Source of the DNA: Selaginella moellendorffii
Lineage: Eukaryota; Plantae; Lycopodiophyta
Assembly: GCF_000143415.4 (NCBI RefSeq)
Contig: NW_003314290.1
Coordinates: 1,540,454-1,604,453, forward strand
Direction of reading: 5' to 3'
DNA: 64,000 nt
The notes beneath the pieces were generated by a model. That model had not been told where the DNA came from and did not search any database. It saw nothing but the letters and a program-made list of their open reading frames with translations. The translations under genes were made by a program, and so were the position numbers. Positions 12,996 to 24,024 of this stretch are shown here, piece by piece; positions within the stretch are counted from its first letter, which is position 1; the number at the start of each line of letters is the position of its first letter.

Positions 12996-13613
12996 AGCCC
13001 CGAGTATCGAGGTGGACAAAACGCTTGGGGTGGTGCAGTGCTCCGGGATATGGTGGAGCTGCTGGTTCCGATGGATATGGAGGCAATGGGAGTAAATATG
13101 AGCGGATATGGGAACGCTGAATGGGGTGGCTTTGGAGGTGGCGGACAGAGGAATGCTGTGATGAGTCCGGTGTATAGCGGGAGCAGCTATGGTTATAGTA
13201 GTGATGCGGGGTATGGCAGTGCTGCCGCTGGCTATGGTGGATGAGGATATGGGAATAACAGCGGAGGATACGGTGGTGGTGGTGGTGGTGGTAATGCAGG
13301 TAGCTATGGCTCAAGTTATGCAGATGCATACTCTGGTTATCCGGACAACACCTGGAGAGCTGGGAGTGTAGATGGATATAGCGGCAGTGGCGGGAGTGGC
13401 AGCGGTGGTGGTGGAAGCGGTGGCAGTGGTGGCGGTAGTGTTGGATCGAATTATGGTGGAGGGATGGGAAACAGTGGAGCAACAGGTGATGGAACAGGGA
13501 ATGGAGGAGGCTATGGTGTGAACTATGGAGCAAGCAGTAGACTATCCAGAGAGGAGGGAATCCAGACGCTCGCTTTAAGCCATATCCTTCCACGGCTGAT
13601 CACAGTAGCTAGC
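12996..13613 (+). pseudogene. Gly/Tyr-rich C-terminal fragment of an hnRNP A/B-like RNA-binding protein
   Basis: GYGG/GSYG repeats ending RGGNPDARFKPYPSTADHSS* (PY-NLS-like). In-frame TGA at 13242-13244 plus frameshifts. No RRM exons seen upstream. Confidence 0.65.
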
Positions 13614-14140
13614 TCTTTCCTCCGGAAGCTTAGAAAAGAGGATCACAGTGACACTTCTAGCAGCGTTCCATCCAGCATTCCATGGAGGTAATGTAAGAGA
13701 GCAAAGCTTTTTACTCTTTTCTTTTTTTCTTTTGTCTTTTGGTTTTCCTCGTTTTTCTTTTTTCTTTTTTTGTTTTTCATTGGTACTGAGGGGGCTATAT
13801 TTATTTATTATTTTTTTACCTTTCATTGTGTGGCTTGGTAATCCCGGACTGGGATGATAAAAGGAGAATGGCTGGGTTGAGAAAGAGTATACATAGAAGA
13901 GGAGTGATGGTTTAGCTTTTGTTTTGGAAGTTTTTCTTCAGCCAGCCTGCAGCACTAACACACTCGGTCTTGTTTGAAGAGGCTAGCTTTATGTCGTCGG
14001 TGTTCTTTGCAGCGTCCGGGTAATATTATCATGGGAGAAAAAAAAAACTATATTCTTTGATTTGCACAAATTAATCAAGACAAATTTGTTCTACTAAAAA
14101 ACTTCAGTTCCTATCTTAATCTTAACGAAGTTGTTGCAAA

Positions 14141-15175
14141 TCATGCGCAAGTGGAGGAGCGCATGGGGTTCCACTTGATCTTTGGAGCTGTGGAACGAGC
14201 AGCGCAGCCGTCACCAGCACCAAAATCGAGATAGTGAACGGGGGCATCTCGTCTCTTCACAGCATCACCCAATGGCACGTTCAAGCACCTAGCATTGAGC
14301 ACCTTCTTCACTGGCACACACTCGATTTTCATGCTAGCGCTCGTCTCAAGCTCCTTATGACTCCTCCGCTGCTGTGACGCCTTTCTTGCCGTGTTGCAAG
14401 GCTTGATCGCCCTTGCCACTGTCTTTGTTGCGCTCCTAGCGATTGGCGGCTTTGTCTCACTCCTGGTGATCTTTGTCTCGCTCCTAGCGATTGGCGCTTT
14501 TATCTCGCTTTTAGCAATCGGAGGCTTTGTCTCACTCCTGGCAATTGAAGGCTTTGTCTTGTTTGGAATACTCTTCTTGCCCTCATTTGCGATGGGTTTC
14601 GACATCTCCTCTACAAGAACGCTACTGCTTTCCTTGTTTTCTTTGTGCAACTCGATCCTTGCGACTTGATCTTTGCAGCGATCATTGCAGGGTTCTTTGA
14701 CGACTGCATCTCCCTTCTTGTGCAGCTTGATCCTCACGATTATAGGACCCCTGGACTTGCCTTGATCCTTGCAGGGTTCCTCTCGGGCATCATCTCTCTT
14801 TACCATCTTGAGGGGTTGGCCATCTTTGCAGTCCTCCTTGCGCTGCCTTTTCTTACTTGCCTTGCCAGCTTCGGCCAAAGCCTCCATGAGCTCGTCGTTG
14901 TCAACTAGCAGCTCCTTGATGATGGGCATACCGCCGTGCATCTCCACAAAAGTACTCGCCATCGTTTGCCCTTGATCCTTGCAGGGTTCCTCTTGGATGT
15001 CATCTTTCCTTACCTTCTTGAGGGGTTGCCCACCTTTGTCTTCCTCCTTGCGCTCTCTTTTCTTGCTTGCCTCGCCAGCTTCGGCCAAAGAATCCATAAG
15101 CTCGTCATTGTCAACTATCAGCTCCTTGATGACTGGCATACCGCCGTGCATCTCCACAAAAGTGCTCACCATCAT
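14141..15175 (-). CDS. Hypothetical Lys/Glu-rich protein with an internal 70-aa duplication and KPPIARSET repeats
   Basis: 344-aa open frame. The 210-bp tandem duplication keeps frame. Confidence 0.55.
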   Translation of the reverse strand: MMVSTFVEMHGGMPVIKELIVDNDELMDSLAEAGEASKKRERKEEDKGGQPLKKVRKDDIQEEPCKDQGQTMASTFVEMHGGMPIIKELLVDNDELMEALAEAGKASKKRQRKEDCKDGQPLKMVKRDDAREEPCKDQGKSRGPIIVRIKLHKKGDAVVKEPCNDRCKDQVARIELHKENKESSSVLVEEMSKPIANEGKKSIPNKTKPSIARSETKPPIAKSEIKAPIARSETKITRSETKPPIARSATKTVARAIKPCNTARKASQQRRSHKELETSASMKIECVPVKKVLNARCLNVPLGDAVKRRDAPVHYLDFGAGDGCAARSTAPKIKWNPMRSSTCA

Positions 15176-16019
15176 CCTTTACCCTGATTTGAGTCGAAGC
15201 AAATGCCAATTTCAAGGGAAGATGGACATGGCCCTTAATCTACACCGTCCAAAATGCCACGCGGCAGAGTTTAACCCAAAAGGTTTTCGAGTTTTAGAAA
15301 TTTAAAAAAATAAGGCAAAAGGAAGAAATATTTAAATCTATAAAAGAATGCCATAAAACCAAACAACCCCAAGAACCTTTGTTCTTCCTGGGAACAGTGG
15401 AATATAATCCAAGAGAATAAACGAAACAAAGAGATCAAATGGCCTTGGTAATTTTTCCTGCTGTTTTTGAAACAAAACTCTCTGGGAGTTTATGATGAAA
15501 GGTAGTCTCAGAGAACAAAGCCTTGAGGATTGGATGGACTGGCACCAGGCCTCTTATCGATCACCCCTGAGTGACTGCTTTGTAATCCTGGATGTACTGA
15601 TGCCAAGAGATACATAAACCAAATAACCAAGAAAGTGAGAACTAAACCTTTCTAAGAGCTTACCAGCTTGAGAGCCATGCTTATGGTTGAGAAGGCAATC
15701 TTATCAACAGAATCTCATCCATTTCAATGAGAGTGCATTCCAAGGACTCAGACCCTGGTGAGTACTGCATGCTGTGTGCTTGGCACAAAAAATTACATAG
15801 CTTTGCACTGCATATGCATCTTAAGAAGGTTGATATGAAATAAGATTAATCTTGTGTTTATAAATTACAAACATGTTTATAATTATAAATTTTATTTTAT
15901 ATCCTTTTTAGATCCTTAGAAGATCTTTGTGCTATAAGAGTATGTTGGTCTTTTTGACTTCGACATATCTTTTAGGGCCAAGATTTATTCTAACTAAAGA
16001 TGCTTATTTGATCAAGATT

Positions 16020-16690
16020 CTTATTTGGCATTAATCACTAAAGGAAATCAAGATCTTAATTAAAGAGATATTAAGAAAAGGGGTTATATAAAAGCTTTGG
16101 AGTCCTTAGGCAATGTAAGTATTCAATTTTGCATCAATTAACATCTGTTAAACTGTAACTATCCCAAATATATACCCTCTTCCTTACACTATCAATCTTT
16201 TGGATCATCTAAGGCAAAGTTGTTAGTTTGCCAAGTTAGATATCACTTTTGGGTATTAGTAGATATTAATGGTTAAGGAGGATATTCCAAAGATACCTTT
16301 TTATACATTATTTAGTTTATGTCTTAATGATTTTATTTAGTTGTCTATTAACTTTTGAGTGGATGATGGATGAGGTTTTCTATAATATATCAAAGGTGAT
16401 TACTAATTTCATTGATGATATATTAGGGATGTGGGAGGACCATGTTCATAATATCCATAAGGTGTTAAATTGGTTGTGAGAATTTGATTTAAAGTTGAAG
16501 CAGTATAAATGAATATTTGGGTCTAAAGATATAATTTATCTTAAGTATCACATTTTTTGTAATGGTTTGCAAATTCATTTTAACAAACTTAAGGTTGATT
16601 TCAAATTCCTTATATTGAAGTGTATAAATGATTTATAGCACTTCCTTAGTAACATGTAATATTTCATTTCATTTATTAATTATTTTTCTA
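16020..16690 (+). mobile_element. Decayed Ty3/gypsy reverse transcriptase relic
   Basis: FIDDIL...WEDHVHNIHKVLNWL*EFDLKLKQYK*IFGSKDIIYLKYH resembles RT YIDDIL...HLxxVLxRL...KCxFxxxxVxYLGH. Contains stops. Confidence 0.7.
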
Positions 16691-19519
16691 ATAAATTGAT
16701 TAATAATTTGAATTAATTTGCGAAATTATATAAAGAAATTTTACTTAATTTTTAAAATTTTATCAATTCACAGAAAAAGAATATAAATATTTATTTTCAA
16801 ATTATATAAATTCTTATAATATATATGTAAATTACTTAGTTATGCCAAAAATAATTATGATAGTTTTATGTGTTCCTAGAACGAGGAAAGGTAGTATTGT
16901 TTGGTGTATTTTTTAATCTTAAGAAGCACAATTATGATATTTTCACTCCAATATATTTTCTCAACAAAAGCATCTCTTTAAAATGTGTGAACAATTTTTT
17001 TGTATGGTTTGTATAAATTGATTCTTTAATTGGTTTTCTTATGCACTAAATGAAATAGAATGTTGATTGCAAGATTAAGTTTTATATAGTGAGTAAGGCT
17101 AAGTGTTTTATCGACTTATAAAGCAATGAGCTAAACGACTGAACAAGTTCTAGAATGGTGACAAACAATGCAACACATATCCATTAAAGGGTAATTTCAT
17201 GACAATAACTCTATCTTGCTAACAATTCACAATTTTTTCAATTTGCTAGGATGCGGGACATGTAAAAAAAAGTTAAAGCCAACTTATAAACTAATGAGAT
17301 TTTGTTTCTTTTTCAATCTAAGTAAAAATTCCTTTTGTTTTGCTAAGAGTATGACTTTCAGCAGTCTTTCCAGGTTGTTAAGCCTTTCATTGACAATAAA
17401 AAGCATTATGTGAGTTATGTCTTGGCTATCTTGAACTATTATTTTAAAGATTTGTTTATGTCTTTCATGAAAGAAATCTAGATTCTGGAGGTAAGGCAAT
17501 TTTTCCTCTTAGGTTTATTATTTTACAATATTTGCTAGGCTTGAGAATTTTAAGAAAGTAAATTGGGTTTTTAGCTAATTTAAAAGATACAAATCCAAAA
17601 CTTCAGCTACTTTAATTTCATTGATTTCCTTCATTAAAAATGCAAAAGTTTGCAGTCACTTGACATCTTGAAAAACAAACTCAACAACAAGGTGAAAGAA
17701 TTCTACAAGCTATTCTTTTATAATCAATCTGTTTTTCTAAATATTAGCTATTGTTTAAGTATGAAGCTCTACTTTTTAATGTTGATATGATCAAATCTAA
17801 TTTTGTCATATAAGCAAACTTGTAGGATCCATGTCATTCAAGAACTAGCTCTCATCACTTAGACTTGGTATATAAATAAAAATCTTTAATGCTGTAAATA
17901 AAGCGCTCATCAATAGTAACATGAACCTATTAGTCAAGCTTTCTAAAAATGTAAAAGAACTTATAAAGAAAATTACCATTAATCTTTTATAAAGAAAACC
18001 TAGTAAAGTTGCCTTTTTGTAAGTGGAGTCTCTAAAGTATTATAGTGCTTAGAACAAATTTCTTCTAGGAGTGCAAATGTATTTTTATAGAATTCAAATA
18101 AAGAACATTCTTTACAGCATAAATATACAGTGTAAAATTATTGTGGTGGTGACAAGAAATTCCTGTTAGAATAAAGATCATACTCCCAATGAGTTATAAG
18201 CTAACAATAACAATTGTAAACTTAAATATATTTGAGACAGTAAGTTGGAAAGCTTTCTAGTTTGTTTTTTTATTCTTAACTTCAATATCTTTAAAATCTA
18301 GTAGGAACTAATGTGTATTTCTACGTGTAATTCCTACTACCTCTTTACCACCAATCCTTGAAGCTACTGTCTTGACTCTTGAGTTAGAGATGAAAAGAGG
18401 ACAAATCTTAAAGATTAAAATGACTCAAATTTCAAAGACATTGGAAGAAGCTCTTTAATTTCTAGTAGGTTATCAATGCAATGCTAAATTTTTGTAAGGA
18501 TGGATTCTAGGGGCATAAATCATGAGGAACAAGCTTGCAAAGATATAGTATATGAAGTCATTGATACTAGACAAAGATGGGTTTGGTATTGTGGAGAGAA
18601 ATTAATATTTGTCAGGGAGCTGGAAAGTTCTTCTAGGAGAGGAGCATGGAAAAGGAACTAAATTGCCTCAAAATTTTTAAATACTTTTCTAAGTTGTGGA
18701 AAGTTATGATGAAATTGGTTACTTGATTATATTTGTTTTAGAAAATAAAACCTTTTATCAGCAATCCTTTACATAAGCTCATAACTATAACATTGTAGTG
18801 TGTGTCTTCTTGTTCTTTAGCATGTGCACAACCATTTCAATTGTGGTCCTTCTATGGCTTCTTTGAAAAATTCTTATATTTTATGCATTTCTAAAAGGTG
18901 TTATGCTTTTGTCTTCCTTGCTCTTTTAGGCATTTCTTGATAGACTACAATGATCATCTAAGCGATTCTTCCAAAGTTAGAAGACACCTCTATATATATG
19001 TGTGATGTAGTAACTTATAGGTTAGAGTTATAGAGCCCTCATTTGTTAATGCAATAACAATATATAGCAACAAAAGCTTATGGTAAATTGTCTTTAAAGG
19101 TATGTTTATGTAATTCAAGACAAGAACTCTCCTTTTTTTTTGGTGAGATTTGTTTTAATTTTGTTTATCTACCGCACCAATAGTGCTCTAATTGGACATG
19201 ATTAATGATGTCAGTATTATATTTAATTTTTTTTAAAAAATTGTCTCAAGTTCAAGAATGTCAGATTAAATGCTTGTCAAGGACAAAGGGAGCGAGAGGG
19301 CTAGAGACACACTCGCAAAATCTTTATGCACAATCTTATTATTCATCATAAACAAATTATAAATAGTATAGATAGACTTGATTGGCAATCTTTAAAAATT
19401 ACTAGCATGTTTTTTACAAGTCTTTTACTCCATCACACGAAAGAGTTTACAGACGCTCTATATATTATTTTTAATTAAAACATCTCTGAATCTTAATTTC
19501 TATTAATCCATACCTCGCT

Positions 19520-19619
<100 letters not shown>

Positions 19620-19816
19620 CGTTACAACATACTAATAATATTATTAACATAAATAATTTTTCTTATTATTTTAGTTTACTCAAAACTAATATTAAACCAG
19701 AGTTAAGAAAATTAACTATATTTAACTTTAATTTAAAAATAATTTTAACAGTTTTAATCTGGAAGACAACTTCTAGATTTTCTAATATACACAAATTCTA
19801 AAACAATAAAGTAGAG

Positions 19817-21623
19817 TTATTCTAACAACCTCATAATTTCTTGAGCTTCCACTCTTTTGATGGCTGCTTCCGCCTGGATTGCAACACATTAGTAACAGGA
19901 AAAAGAAAAAACAAGGAAACCAAGTAATACCATCTGTGTCCAGTTTGTCAAAACAGAAATAAGCAAGAGAAATGTCGCCTGAAGGGTGACTCCACACAGG
20001 AGACCAATCAAAAACCCCTGTACCAAAGATAAACGTGCACACAATTATATACGCTTGATCAGCCCAATAAGTTTACCTTTCCCTGGAGTCCAAAGTGGAA
20101 TGCCAGAGTGCACCCCAATGGCAGTCCAACCGCGTAATAGGCCCCCAGGTTTACAAATGCAGCGAGTGCTTGCCAGCCGCATCCCCTTGCTACTCCTGAA
20201 GAACATAGAAGGCCCCAAGAAAACTTCGAAAAATTGAAATGCTTCAAAGGTACCTGAGGTGACGCCTTGCAATGCGTCCATGACGATAACAGCAGCAAGT
20301 AGAGGAACCATTTCTGCAACCTCTGCCACCACCTCTGCTTCGTTACTGTAGGCTTTCCCGAGAACGTTGCGCAACGAGACGATTATTAGAGAGATAATAA
20401 CTGCATCCATCACTGCAAGTCCCATGGATACGAGAAATGCAAAGCGAGCTGGAGCAGCACGCCCAGCCCCGAGTTCGTTGGCAACTCTTGTGCTGCAGAC
20501 GATATGAATGTTCTCCTTAGAATATAAACGAGGGGCTTTGTTTACAAGTACCTTGTCGCAGCACCTATCCCACTGGGTATCATATAGCATGTCGCAATCG
20601 TGTTCAGGCTGTCAAAAAGCCACATAATAAACAAGAAGGAAAGAAAGAGACATCACTCACATGATTGAAAACACGGATGCGTCCAGCTGCGGATTTGGCA
20701 GTAGCCCGGACAGGAGGACCAGAGCTTCAAATGACCACCACTCAAAGCTACAGCACAAAAAAAGAAATATCAGTCCGGGTCATTTGAAAACAGTAGACTT
20801 ACCAGACCATGACTGCCGACGGGATGGCGAGCTTGAGAAACTCGATGAAGCCCTCGAAAGCCTGCGCGGAGAATCCATGCCAGCACTCTCTGGCCGAAGG
20901 CGTCATTACAACAACAGCCACCAGGAGAACAGCATTAAGCCAGTAAGAGAAGCTTACGGTCACTGCTGCTCCGGCGTTTCCCATTCCCAACTTGAAGATG
21001 AAGAGCCAGCAGAGCAGCGCGTGGACGATGGATGCCGCCGCCGAGCACAGAAACATGGGAAGGACTTTGCTCTGCGACTGCAAAAACTTCACCAGCGGCT
21101 GAAGGAAAGCCAGTGCGAACAAACCAGGGATCATGTACCGAGCATATATCCCAGCTTTCATGGATATATCAGGGTCCTGCTTGAAGAAGACCAGTACGTG
21201 CTCCATGTTATACCACATCACCGCGATTGGCAAGCAAACGATGTTGAGGAGGATCATTGCTCGCTGCATGTACACTCCCAGCAAGTGGTACTGCTTGGCA
21301 CCATAAGCCTGTCCACACAGTGTTTCCAGAGCGCTTCCAAGTCCCATCTGAATAAAAAGAGCCCAAAACACTTCGGCTTGGTTGGGGGGGAAAGATGGAA
21401 ACAAGCTTACCAGGAGACTGTAGCCAGTGACGACGCAGAAGGAAGAGGCGATGGAAGCGCTGGAAAGCTCGAGCTCCCCCAAATGACCCACGAACATTAC
21501 GGACACTATAGTCCGGCTGAACTGCACAAGGTTCACACCGATCATCGGGACCGCCAACCATAGTTGTTTGCCAACTTCAATCTTGAGCTTTGAAGAAGCA
21601 AGCGCATCCACTTTGGTACCCAT
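19817..21623 (-). CDS. MATE/DTX efflux transporter, multi-exon
   Basis: [61 protein letters not shown]. Last exon AEAAIKRV...LLE*. Confidence 0.93.
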
Positions 21624-21762
21624 TCCGGAGCGAGAGCGAGAGAGAGAGAGAGAGAGAGAGAAAGGGGGAAGAGGCGGCTTCGTTTGTTTTTCCCTGAAAA
21701 ACAAGAGTTTCGTGTCAGCACGAGTTAAAAAGTGCAGTTAAGAAACTTACCTCTCTTCAGAG

Positions 21763-23921
21763 CTAGTTGTTTATAGAAAGACTACCTCTGGAAACCTGGA
21801 GGACTTTCTCTGCCGCTTGCTTGGCTCGAACATCGTCGCTGTGGATCTTACAAGCTCCCAAAACACTCATCCACGAGACAATATCGCCACCCTTCGGCGC
21901 ATTCTTGGCGGCGTGCTCGGCCTCCGCCAGCCATCCCAGCCTCCCAAACAGATCCACCATGCAGCCATAGTGCTCGGCAACCGGCCTCACACCGTGGTCG
22001 CTTTCCATGGCGACGAACTGGATGTAAGCTTCGTCAAACCGGCCTGCATGGCTGCAAGCGTAGAGAATGCTGACGAAAGTTGCTTCGTTGGGCTTGATGC
22101 CGTGGAGGACCATTTCTCTCGCGAGATCAAACGCTTCGGATGCGCTGCCTTGATGGTTCTGGGTGTACGCGGCCAGCATGCTGTTCCACGAGAACAAGCT
22201 CGTTTCTCTCATCGCCGTGAAGACCAGCCTTGCATCCTCCACGCTTCCACACTTCCCGTACATGCTAATGAGAGCGTTGCCGACTGGAAGCTCCCACTCT
22301 GCCTTGCTCGCTAGAATGTGTTCGTGGATTCTCCTCCCAGCGGTCAAGGCACCCGAATCCGAGCACGCACCGAGCACCGCAACGTAAGTAACCGAGCTCG
22401 GCCGCAAGCTCGATGACACCATTGTCTCGAACAGTTCAAGTGCTGCTTTCGAGTGGCCGTGAGTGGCCGTGCCTGGCGTAGGACGTTATCATCGTGTTCC
22501 AGGACACAACGTCTTTGGATGGCATCGAGTCTAGGAGCGACCGAGCCTCAGCCAAGTTGCCGCACTTGCCGTAAAGGTTGATCAGTGCGGTTCACAGTAC
22601 TCGATCTTGTTTGTGATAGATGTCGACAATCCTCTGGTGCAGCCTTTCACCTTCCGCCAGATCCTCGAGAGTAGAACAGGCACTGATGACGTTTATAAAG
22701 CTGACTTCATCTTGCTTGATTCCTTTCAGGTCCATATACTTGAAAAGTTGGATGGCTTCGCGTTCCATGTCGTTTTGCGAGTAGGCCTCGATCATAGCAT
22801 TCCAATGTGTCACTACTTCTCCGTTGGTGCTGTCAAACACCTTTCTCGAGTCCATTGGGCGGCCGCATTTTCCATAAGCAAAAACGAGAGCCGTGTCGAC
22901 GATGTGAGACTGAATCCTCCGCGAAGAAACCTGTGCATGGATCTCCAACACCACCTTGAGCGCGCACAAAGCAGCGGCGGCGTCCAAAAGGCTCACAAAG
23001 GTCGCTTCATCGGGAGAAACTCCAGCCTGATTCAGAGCCCAGTAGAGAGCCAGCGCTTGATCTGGAAGCCCGTTCTGGGCATAAGCAGCGAGCATGGAGT
23101 TCCAGCCAACAGCGTCTTCCCAGCAAACTTTCTCAAACACACGGCGGGCCTCTGCAACTCTTCCACACTTGATGAGCTGAGTCGCCACCATCACGTCCAT
23201 TTCTAGCCCGCAGGAGACCACCCGAGCGTGGATTTCTTGAGCTTCTTCGGCATGGCAGCAAGCACCAAGAACGCTCAAGAACGTATACTTATCCGGCCTA
23301 TCCATCCGCTGGAAAGTTTCCAACGCTTCCTTGCAATGCCCCTTCTGGCCATACGCTGCGATGAGAGAATTCCACGAGTAGTTATTCGGCTGCTCGATAT
23401 CATCAAACGCGGCCTTGGCAGCTTCTACATCTCCACACTTCCCATACATGGTGACGATCGCTGTGCGCAGGACTACGTCGCAGTGCAAGATCCCCGATCC
23501 CAAAATCTGGAGATGGATCGAAATTCCCGTGGCTAGATCCCCAGTCTTGGCGCAAACGCTCAAAATCTCCACAAACACGACCCTGTCCGACCTCACGCCC
23601 TGCAAATTCATCTCCCAAAACAATCGCAGGGCTGCCCTGTAATCCCCATTCTGGCCATACGCCGCGATCATCAGGGTAGACGACGTTCTTGGCAGCGATG
23701 GCGTCGAAGCAGCGCCGGGCGTCGTCGATTGATCGGCACTTGCTATACGCCTGGACGAGGAGATTGCAGAGGAATACGTCGTCGCGGATGCGTGAGTGGA
23801 GCCGCCGGACACGCGAGAGGCTCCCGGCATCGCCATACCTGCGAAGAAGCGCCGCGAGAGAAGCCCTAGAAGTCCCTTGGAGCTCCTGTGCGTTCTTTGT
23901 ATTCGAGAGAGGCGCTTCCAT
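21763..23921 (-). pseudogene. PLS-class PPR gene with partial E motif, disrupted
   Basis: Repeated MYGKCG/SWNSM/PDEATFVSLL motifs and EHYGCMVDLFGRLG. Frameshift ~23680, in-frame TGA at 22592-22594, and a 10-bp duplication at 22451-22470. Confidence 0.82.
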
Positions 23922-24024
23922 GTATAATTAATCCCAACCGTTGGATACAACATGGCACAATCGCAACCGTTGGGCACAGCCGGGTTCGTTTATTAGTTTA
24001 AACATGAACTAATAGAATTTTAAG

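Noticed and set aside
12988-13593. 201-aa His-rich ORF on the minus strand
   Set aside because: Antisense shadow of the Gly-rich GGT/GGA codons on the plus strand.
15350-15790. Exon-like fragments with splice donors on the minus strand
   Set aside because: No recognisable protein and stops in all frames.
20661-21563. 300-aa plus-strand ORF
   Set aside because: Antisense to MATE exons, no recognisable motif.
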